Source: Mayamaea pseudoterrestris
Lineage: Eukaryota
Assembly: GCA_027923505.1 (NCBI GenBank)
Contig: BROI01000001.1
Location: 248,001 to 312,000 of the forward strand
DNA: 64,000 nt
Direction of reading: 5' to 3'
Part shown: piece by piece, positions 56,295 through 64,000 of the stretch
Layout of the letters: the number at the start of each line of letters is the position of its first letter
How positions within the stretch are numbered: the stretch's first letter is position 1
Program-made: the position numbers and the translations under genes
The notes under the pieces: generated by a model
The model's input: only the letters and a program-made list of their open reading frames with translations
The model's database searches: none
Told to the model about the DNA's origin: nothing

Positions 56295-58238
56295 CTACCG
56301 TAGCAGCGCGACCGGATCGTTGTAGACATCACGAGACTCTCTGATAAAATCACGGTTCACTGTCAACAAAAACTGCGTCCAATGGCGTTCACTTATCACG
56401 CCACCTCCCAGACATTCCACGCCATTGTAGAATACGACGAATTGGCCGGGCGCAAGACCGCCGTCCTTGTCATCTAAGCAAACTCGACCGGACCGGTTAC
56501 CATCGTCGAGGATAAGTGTTCCAGTCACAAGTCTCGGTCCATGCCGAATCTTCATTACGAGGCGACATGATCCAGTCTCATCAGACACTGGAGCGGATTC
56601 AGCAAACCATTGAATATCTTCCACGGTAAACTCGGAGCGAGGCGCGTGAAACATGGTTTCGTCGTACTCGTTGGAGCAAAATACAACGTTTCGTTCCGGA
56701 TCCTTGGCGACAACGTACCACGGTCCTCTCGAAGTCGCCAATGGATGGAGTACCTTACCAATTCCCTTGCGCTGGCCGACAGTATGATACCAAACCCCGC
56801 GATGTTGGCCCAATTTCTCGCCAGTTAAAGCGTCAATAATATCGCCGGGTTTGTCGCCCAGATACGACTTGATAAACTCGTCAAATTTGACCTTGCCCAA
56901 AAAGCAAAGTCCCTGCGAGTCAGGACGATGCCGATTAGGTAACTGGAACTCCTCAGCCAGTTGTCGGACCTCCGCCTTTTGCAAATGCCCAATCGGGAAA
57001 AGCACCCGCTGTAGTTGCGCTTGTGTCAAGGCGCACAAAAAGTAGGATTGATCCTTGATTGGATCAGGCGCTCGCAAAAGACGTACTTGATTGGAGCTCT
57101 CATCGCGGACCACTTGCGCATAGTGGCCAGTGGCAACGTAATCAAAACCTCGACTTTCAATGGCGTCATAAAAGCATCCAAACTTGATGCGTGAGTTGCA
57201 CATGATATCGGGATTGGGCGTTCGTCCCTGTCGAGCTTCCTGCAGAGTATAGGAAATGACGCGGTCCTGATACTCCTTCTGCAGACTCACTTGCTCCAAC
57301 GTGACGCCAGCCTGGTCGCACACGGCTTGACACATGAGAATGTCATCCTCAAAAGGACAGTGTGACCCCAAATGCGCAAGCTCATCCTCGAGCCAAATTT
57401 TAAGGTAAAAGGCAGTGACATTGTAGCCTTGGCGTTTCAATAGATGTAAAGCGACTGAGGAGTCGACGCCACCAGACAGCAACAGTGCGGCAGTTGGAGC
57501 TTGTTTGATGCATGGTATTTGAGATTTGTCTTGCTCTTTGGGCTGCAATTGTTCATTGCTCAATGCATTGGCACTGCCGTCCGAATCCGACAATAACGTT
57601 TGTACTTGATTCTGCACCACCCGAATAATGCCCGCCAGTCCATCGTTGCGTCCTCGACTCAAAGCTTGTCTCAAATGCAGCTTTTCAGCTAGTCTTTCGG
57701 CATGGAGTTGCATGACTTCATCCACCGACTGCTCATTCAAAACGTTGGAAACGACGGCAAGGAGTCCGCGACTCAATAATGAATCTGCTGTTCCCTGAAT
57801 AGTGATTCGGTAATTTCTGTTTTCGCAATCAATAGCGCTTGCTCTTGACAGTTTCGTTTGTACGTGAAGATTGGAAATGCAGGCTGGAACGCGCTCCAAG
57901 GGAGAAGCAATCATGTGTTCGCTGTCATATTCGAATGAAACCTTCTCTTGTTCATCCAGCTGCTTCTTTTGATACCAAACACCTTCCTGCACCAGTCTTC
58001 GTTGAATTTCTCCAATTGACAAGTTTTCAAACTGCTTTGAAGCGTCTTGTAACGCTTGTTCAAGCGATGACGACGAGTCATCGGCATTAAGTAACGAAAA
58101 GGTCGATGCATGATCGGCTCCAAGTCTCAGCAGCGAAGAGGAGGCACTGGCTCGTGTTTTCGTGGCAGATCGCAGCTGGAAGCCATAGCTGATGCTTACA
58201 AATAGTGCTGCGATGTAAACGCAGCGTCGCGGGACCAT
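56295..58238 (-). CDS. mnmA: SufE-like domain fused to tRNA-specific 2-thiouridylase MnmA, probably plastid-targeted
   Basis: MnmA motifs LSGGVDS, TPNPDIMCN, ATGHYA, KDQSYFL, DSQGLCF, TVGQRKG, APGQ. N-terminal SufE-like RVPACIS...GTADSLLSRGLLA...LSRGRNDGL. Presequence ending SYG-F. Confidence 0.92.
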   Translation of the reverse strand: MVPRRCVYIAALFVSISYGFQLRSATKTRASASSSLLRLGADHASTFSLLNADDSSSSLEQALQDASKQFENLSIGEIQRRLVQEGVWYQKKQLDEQEKVSFEYDSEHMIASPLERVPACISNLHVQTKLSRASAIDCENRNYRITIQGTADSLLSRGLLAVVSNVLNEQSVDEVMQLHAERLAEKLHLRQALSRGRNDGLAGIIRVVQNQVQTLLSDSDGSANALSNEQLQPKEQDKSQIPCIKQAPTAALLLSGGVDSSVALHLLKRQGYNVTAFYLKIWLEDELAHLGSHCPFEDDILMCQAVCDQAGVTLEQVSLQKEYQDRVISYTLQEARQGRTPNPDIMCNSRIKFGCFYDAIESRGFDYVATGHYAQVVRDESSNQVRLLRAPDPIKDQSYFLCALTQAQLQRVLFPIGHLQKAEVRQLAEEFQLPNRHRPDSQGLCFLGKVKFDEFIKSYLGDKPGDIIDALTGEKLGQHRGVWYHTVGQRKGIGKVLHPLATSRGPWYVVAKDPERNVVFCSNEYDETMFHAPRSEFTVEDIQWFAESAPVSDETGSCRLVMKIRHGPRLVTGTLILDDGNRSGRVCLDDKDGGLAPGQFVVFYNGVECLGGGVISERHWTQFLLTVNRDFIRESRDVYNDPVALLR

Positions 58239-58480
58239 GCTGGACGAGTATTGATCAGGTTAAGAGGTTGTGATGAGCAAATAAAATCGTTGGTTGATGC
58301 CAGAAAAAGCCATCGCAACGGTACTCTTTATAACCGCTACGACTTTTCAGTTGACAGCCGATCTTTCGCGTCGAGTCGACCATGGATTCGATGGATTTCT
58401 CGATACTTCTATTTGATTCATAAGCTCCATTTTCCGACAGCATTTTCGTTTCGAAATAAAAAAGGTTGCTTTGCTCGAAC

Positions 58481-59989
58481 ATGGCAGGAAATCCATCCTC
58501 CAGCAAGACAGCGGCAGCGATCAGCGCTCGCAATCCCCACCACCTGCTGCTCGTTGCGATTCTGCTCAGCTTCACTGCTTCGACAACGAATGCCTTTGTT
58601 CAACATGGAGCAGCAGGTGGTAGAGTAAGAAATAATGAAGCACTTCAGCTATTTCCCCTTCCTATGAGAGTGCTGCACAATCTGCCAATAGCTACAGCAA
58701 TACCAGCATCTTTATCAAGCACTCGCTTATACGGACAAGGATCCGCCGCCGTCGCCAAGGCCATCATCAATACCGGTACACCCATCATTGGCAAGAGCTA
58801 CTCCACGTCCATTGCCGGTAAACTCATGCCACTGATTCGCATGTGCCGGATCGGCGTCAAGGAATTCAAGGCTGTCGGCGCTGCCATTGTTTCCGTCACT
58901 GACTGGCAGGATGTGGTGCTGCTTGTATTCTTGGCCTTTTGCACACCAGCCTTTAACAAGTATCGGGCCAAGGTTTCTAACAATCAGGAAACGACGCGAT
59001 TTGGAATCACCAAGGTGATTTCGGATGTGAGCAAGGTGGCGCTGGCAGTGTACATTGTTGACATTGTGACAGTCATCATGGCCACGCTAGGATTTCCCTT
59101 GCCGCAAAAGTGGAAGGTGAGCGCCGTGTTTACCAAGGTGGCGTATAGTGGTTGGATACTGAGAGAATTCTTGTATTTCAAGTGCCGGCTGCTCTGCAAA
59201 TTCTACAAGGTCAAGCGCGATGAAATGGGTCGCGTTGAAATTCTGGATCGCTTCGTCAATGGCTTTGCCATTTTCATCTATGGATTGTTTCTGGTGGACT
59301 GGTTGTCCCTTGAGCTTGGTTATGCACTCAAATCAATCTTTGGATTGGCGTCCATGTTTTCAGTAGCCTTTACATTGGCATCGAGGGACATTGCTTCCAA
59401 TCTGTTGGCCGGCATTTGGTTGCAGGCCAGCGACAAGGCAGTTCCTGGTGACGCTGTCAAGTTTGGCGAAAATACGTCCGGCGGACTGGTGAGAATGGGC
59501 TGGCTGGAAACATCGCTGCAGGATGGTGAAGGTGCCATTGTCAAGATTCCCAATTCAAATCTGGCAGGCCAAAAGATTAGCAACCTTTCGCGCGTGACCA
59601 AAACTCCTATCAAACAGACCTTGCGGTTCGACTATTCGGACGCCAATAAGATCCCCGAGTTGATTCACGCCATCAAGCAGGAAATCATGGTGTCTTGTAA
59701 AAAGCTCGTTGTGGATGGAAGTCGTCCCTTTCGCGTGCACTTTACCAACTACATGGAGGATCATTTGGAAGTCACCGTCGTGACGCATCACGAGATTAGC
59801 CCCTTGGGTGGCGAGTTCCATGATAACAAGCAAGAATTACTGCTCGCCATCAACCGCGCCGTGAAAAAGACGGGTGTGCAGTTTGCGCAAATGGTCAAAA
59901 TGGAGATTCCCGGCCGACCAGCCTCGTGGAAGGTGGTGCAGCACAAGTCATATCTGGAGAGTGATGTAAATGGAGAGTATTCTAACTAA
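58481..59989 (+). CDS. MscS-family mechanosensitive channel, probably plastid-targeted
   Basis: Several TMs, LASRDIASNLLAG, PGDAV, MGWLET, IPNSNL...ISNLSR. Signal peptide ending TNA-F. Confidence 0.88.
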   Translation: MAGNPSSSKTAAAISARNPHHLLLVAILLSFTASTTNAFVQHGAAGGRVRNNEALQLFPLPMRVLHNLPIATAIPASLSSTRLYGQGSAAVAKAIINTGTPIIGKSYSTSIAGKLMPLIRMCRIGVKEFKAVGAAIVSVTDWQDVVLLVFLAFCTPAFNKYRAKVSNNQETTRFGITKVISDVSKVALAVYIVDIVTVIMATLGFPLPQKWKVSAVFTKVAYSGWILREFLYFKCRLLCKFYKVKRDEMGRVEILDRFVNGFAIFIYGLFLVDWLSLELGYALKSIFGLASMFSVAFTLASRDIASNLLAGIWLQASDKAVPGDAVKFGENTSGGLVRMGWLETSLQDGEGAIVKIPNSNLAGQKISNLSRVTKTPIKQTLRFDYSDANKIPELIHAIKQEIMVSCKKLVVDGSRPFRVHFTNYMEDHLEVTVVTHHEISPLGGEFHDNKQELLLAINRAVKKTGVQFAQMVKMEIPGRPASWKVVQHKSYLESDVNGEYSN

Positions 59990-60182
59990 TAGCTCGGTCG
60001 GTTTTGATGCATGTTTCTGCTAATGCGAGCAACTATAAGAACGTCGTCCAAGCTCTAAACCAAAGTATCTTTACCGGTCGCAACCTATTGATAAACAACG
60101 AACTATCTATCGTTGCGCTGGCGCGCAATTCTTCAAGTAATGGTCAGTTAATGCATATAGCATATCGGTAGATACATTGACC

Positions 60183-61055
60183 TTAAACTATCAATTCACT
60201 AACTTGGTCATAGTCGCGTCTTCGTTGCCGTTGTCGATACGACTTGACGCCCGTCATGATGCATAGTATGACTGCCAAGCCTGCAAACAAGCAAGCGACA
60301 ATCATGCCCCAACTATCCGGCTGGTCTCGCTCGGCTGGCAAGTAGCTGTAGGAACGAGTCGCAGCATCGTCATTGTCCGTCACGTTGGCGTAGATTGATT
60401 CCGTCGGAGGAGGGTCGGCGCCGTCGTCATTTGTCACATCATCCTCCATTGTCGAGTTGAGTGATGAAGGAGATGATGATGATGTTTTGTTGATGTTGCT
60501 GCTACTACTCTTGCTAGTCGATGGCGAGTTGTTGCTGCTGCTGCTTGCTGTGGTAGACTTTGTGTTGCTACTGCTTGAACTGGAGGCGTCCTCCTTGGTC
60601 GAGGACTCCGCCACTGCGCCGTCGTCATCGTCGCTCGACGAAGAAGAACTCTTCCTAGATTCAGAACTTTTTCCAGATGAGCTGCTGCTACTCCTGGATG
60701 ACGCATCAGATGCCTTCGGTTGCGGTGACGGAGCTAGAGTTGAAGGTGCGCCTCGTGCAGGAGCGGGCTTCGGCGTTCGTCCCGACGATGAAGAACTCGA
60801 CGAGGACGAGTCCTTGGCAGCATCTGATGCATCTCCAGACTTTTTGTTCGCTCCAGTTCCATAGGGAGAAGAATCTTGTGTAGTTGTATCGTCGTCATCC
60901 GATGCGGAATGTCCGTTCGCAATGGACAAGGCGCGACTGAGGAGGTTGCTGCTGCTCCATGTTGCTTCCACTAGTATATTGCCGCCGTCATTGGGACTCG
61001 GATTAGTCAATAAGACTACGAGACATAGACAAAGTCGAGTCACAAAGAGTCTCAT
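60183..61055 (-). CDS. Ser-rich type I membrane protein
   Basis: Signal peptide MRLFVTRLCLCLVVLLT, long S/D/K/T-rich ectodomain, single TM WGMIVACLFAGLAVILCIMTGV, short basic tail ending RRRDYDQVSELIV. Upstream ATG at 61130. Confidence 0.8.
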   Translation of the reverse strand: MRLFVTRLCLCLVVLLTNPSPNDGGNILVEATWSSSNLLSRALSIANGHSASDDDDTTTQDSSPYGTGANKKSGDASDAAKDSSSSSSSSSGRTPKPAPARGAPSTLAPSPQPKASDASSRSSSSSSGKSSESRKSSSSSSDDDDGAVAESSTKEDASSSSSSNTKSTTASSSSNNSPSTSKSSSSNINKTSSSSPSSLNSTMEDDVTNDDGADPPPTESIYANVTDNDDAATRSYSYLPAERDQPDSWGMIVACLFAGLAVILCIMTGVKSYRQRQRRRDYDQVSELIV

Positions 61056-61504
61056 GGTTGCAAGTGCTATTGTTGTCGCTTCAATGCAATGGAACGAATT
61101 TTGGAATTCTGTGGCGGTCGTGTGCGACATGGCTGAAACGTGTTCTCCCGCGCGACGTCACGCTTCACTCGACCGGATGGTTTTCTTGCGTTAGCTTCTA
61201 CTTCACCCTAGCTACGTTAGAAAACAAAGTCATCTTTCTTACGCCTTGCAAGTGGGAGGTTTATGCTTGGCATATCACTTGGAAACGTTTTTTGCTTGGA
61301 ACGAGTCGTAATGCAGTAATTTGCGCCGACACATGATATTTGACACGAGTCTTTCTTTGCTAACTTCATGCAGCCTTCGATGTAACAAAGCGTCAAATGC
61401 ACGTAACTTGCAATACAGTAAATGAAGCAACTAGAAGTTTATAAATTAGTTCTACATGGCGTCAAGTAGCATGACTTGAGATGCAGTAAGTCGCGGCTAC
61501 TCGA

Positions 61505-61948
61505 CTAGCCAGTCATGCTGCAGGCGATCACATCTTGCTGCCATAGCTGCGGCAATGGCAAAGCCTCCCTTGACTGCTTCGTCGCTGCATCGAGACTAAA
61601 CAATGTTTCATTGGAAAAGCCAATCTGAATGTCGCGAATGGATTCCTCACTGCGACTCCAGTCTTCGTCTCGTAGAGGTTGTGTTTGTTGTTGTTCCATC
61701 ACTGCTAGAGGCCTTTGACTCTCATTTTCATTCGCTCGTCGGAGATACCGTACACTATCCAGTTGCTCCTGCGTCAAACCATATGCTCGATCAACGGAAG
61801 CATACTTGTGCGGCATCCAGTAGAAGAAGAGACGGTTTGCCGACTGTTCCACCTGCAGCGCCAGTGCGCACGATATGATGGTGGAACCAAAGGTGATGGT
61901 TGCGCCTTGCGCCGTTTTCAGTAATGGTCGAGCCCACCAAGGAGACAT
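61505..61948 (-). CDS. Hypothetical small protein
   Basis: 147-aa ATG-started ORF filling a gene-sized gap; mildly hydrophobic N-terminus. Confidence 0.55.
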   Translation of the reverse strand: MSPWWARPLLKTAQGATITFGSTIISCALALQVEQSANRLFFYWMPHKYASVDRAYGLTQEQLDSVRYLRRANENESQRPLAVMEQQQTQPLRDEDWSRSEESIRDIQIGFSNETLFSLDAATKQSREALPLPQLWQQDVIACSMTG

Positions 61949-62498
61949 TGTAATATATTAAATTCGGTTTGCTGTTGATTGTTGCAATATGACCTTCCTC
62001 TTGCGATACAAATTCCGTATTCTGAACGCGGAAGAAAGCAATCGTGAGAAAGATCCAGATGCTGTCGTCTCCCAACAATCTCTCTATGCACTTCTCTAAC
62101 CTCTTGATAGTTCGACTATGTTATTGAGCTTGTCTTGTTTCTCTAACGCATTCATGCAACGCAGCTGCGATTCTCTCTGTCGGTCGTCGAAACAATCTTG
62201 CGGTGAAGCTTCCCTTCTCTGGCCGCGTCGATGACAAGGCTGACGTCACGAGGAATGCCATCTGCCGCCTCGCAGTAGCGGCAGCTGATTTCTACTTAAC
62301 GGAAGAACAATGGGGTCATTTTCCACGTGGCGATGATGCAAGATGTGATTCACTCGTGACTGCATTCACAGTCAATAATAGGCAATGCAGCGGTATTACC
62401 GTAAGTACAGAGTGTAGCTAAGTGCACGCTAGCATGAAGTATTTTACACCAAGACTAATGTACGCAAAGGCATGCTAGTGATAACATATCAATTGTGA

Positions 62499-63998
62499 TT
62501 AATGTGGCGTTTTGAGGGCACCCGTGGACACTGACCTTGTGGGCACCATTGGCTGATCCTGTACCCCAGTGTCTCCCGAAAGGTCAGGAACTTTACGATG
62601 CGTCTCCTTGAGCTTGTTCTTTCTCTTGCGGTTCTTATTCTTCTTCTTTTTACCCCTGGCGGCAGGTGACTCCGATTGCTCAGCGTCGGCAGGATTGTCG
62701 CCACTTTCCTCGCTGCTAGTGGACTTGTCGACGGCAGCAGGCTCGCCAGCTTCCTTTCCTTCCGCGGTGCCGCTCTCGGCGGCAGTGTCCATATTAGTCT
62801 TAGTGTCAAAAGCGGTATCACCTTCTTTATAGGTATCGTCTTTTGTGATATCTGGCTTTTGAAGCTCCGGTTGGCCGGACTCCACACGCGCCGCTTCCTC
62901 ATTCACTCCTTCAGTCTCGCTTGCGTCTTGCAACAGATCTGATTTGGAGGCGAAAATGCCCTTGTCCGGCTCCTTCAGCTCATCCTTGTCCACCCTGTCT
63001 TCAGCTAAATTGAAACTTGCGCTTTGGTTGTCATTTAATTTGGCAACTTGCTCGAGCTGCTTCTTCACTGTGTGTATGCCCGTATCCACCTTTTCAAGTA
63101 CATGATCCGTGAATGCCCCCTCTTCGGAAGCGCCTGCTTCATTGTTGTCCGAGGTAACGTCATCAGCATCGATTGTTTCACTTGCCTGATCGCTTGGCTT
63201 TACCTCAGAGTTTCGATGCTTCGGCGTATTTCCAATAGCAACACGGGCATCATTCGGTGTCATTGCTTCGACAACATCGTCGTCCACCTCGCCAGATCCA
63301 GCGGCAGGACGCTCAGTCTCCGGTTCCTGGCTACTTTTTGCTGTGTCGTCCTTTCTGACACTTGCCAAAGCTTTTCCAAAGGCCTCCTCGCCCATTTCCT
63401 TCGCCTTTTCGAACACATCCTGTACTGCTTGGAAGTCCGCGTCTGCCTTAGCCACTACAGTTTCAGCAAGTGACTCGCTCGTCTTTCGTTCGCCGGCCGT
63501 CTTGTCATCCGCTTTAACGTCAGGACCAATGTCTTTTCTTTCCGTATCTTTGCCCATTTCAGCAATTACTTGATCTTTTCTCTCCGCGTCTTCTTGTCCC
63601 GTTGAAGCAAGATCGTTAAATTTATCTTTTACCGCCTGGACACCCGTGTCTACCGTTTCTAAAACACGATCCGTAATCGAGTCGATCGTATCAATAGCGC
63701 GCTCCGTCGCTGATGGCTCTTGCTCCAAAGTCTGATGGAAAGCCTCACTCGGCGTAACATTGTCTTCGCCGGTGCTTCTGGTCGCTCCGCGTGATTCTGA
63801 TTGGGTGCCCTTGGACACATTCATCGGTTCATCAAGAGGCATACCGACATCTTCCTTAGCAGTTGATGGATCGGACGACTCAAAATGAAGCTGCTCAATC
63901 ATCCCGAGCAATGAGTTGCTCCCTCCAAACACATCAACCTGCGGTATTTTTCCTTGCGCATTGGCCTTGTCCTCATCAGGGTTCGATGCTACGACCTT
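62499..63998 (-). CDS. 3' part of an acidic, hydrophilic protein with helical repeats (5' end beyond right edge)
   Basis: Frame is open from the window edge to the stop at 62499; D/E/A/T-rich; basic cluster RGKKKKNKNRKRKNKLK near the C-terminus. Confidence 0.75.
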   Translation of the reverse strand, partial: KVVASNPDEDKANAQGKIPQVDVFGGSNSLLGMIEQLHFESSDPSTAKEDVGMPLDEPMNVSKGTQSESRGATRSTGEDNVTPSEAFHQTLEQEPSATERAIDTIDSITDRVLETVDTGVQAVKDKFNDLASTGQEDAERKDQVIAEMGKDTERKDIGPDVKADDKTAGERKTSESLAETVVAKADADFQAVQDVFEKAKEMGEEAFGKALASVRKDDTAKSSQEPETERPAAGSGEVDDDVVEAMTPNDARVAIGNTPKHRNSEVKPSDQASETIDADDVTSDNNEAGASEEGAFTDHVLEKVDTGIHTVKKQLEQVAKLNDNQSASFNLAEDRVDKDELKEPDKGIFASKSDLLQDASETEGVNEEAARVESGQPELQKPDITKDDTYKEGDTAFDTKTNMDTAAESGTAEGKEAGEPAAVDKSTSSEESGDNPADAEQSESPAARGKKKKNKNRKRKNKLKETHRKVPDLSGDTGVQDQPMVPTRSVSTGALKTPH

Positions 63999-64000
63999 GA

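Noticed and set aside
26117..58238. Rhodanese and SufE-MnmA as one sulfur-relay system
   Set aside because: 30 kb apart and predicted to be in different compartments (cytosol/Golgi versus plastid); no evidence of linkage.

Overview
Gene-dense eukaryotic nuclear DNA, almost certainly from a diatom. Evidence: a fucoxanthin-chlorophyll LHC gene, many bipartite signal-peptide + ASAF/AW-type plastid presequences, short GT-AG introns, DUF6824-like and bZIP-PAS genes, and a CoDi-type Ty1/copia element. The window opens inside an uninterrupted copia gag-protease ORF (minus strand, missed by the ORF track). About 32 protein genes follow, 9 with introns that can be reconstructed in frame. No rRNA, tRNA or CRISPR was seen. 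Most notable: (1) a putatively plastid-targeted SufE-MnmA fusion, joining a sulfur-acceptor domain to tRNA U34 2-thiouridylase; (2) a BIG-type Sec7 ARF-GEF ending in an intact rhodanese domain; (3) a small secreted silaffin-like protein with an RXL site and a perfect (KXX)15K array; (4) a putatively plastid-targeted RecB/Cas4-like Fe-S nuclease; (5) a Ser-rich type I membrane protein resembling silicalemma-associated proteins; (6) a methyltransferase broken by a single-base frameshift. All family calls come from motif recognition by eye; no searches were run.
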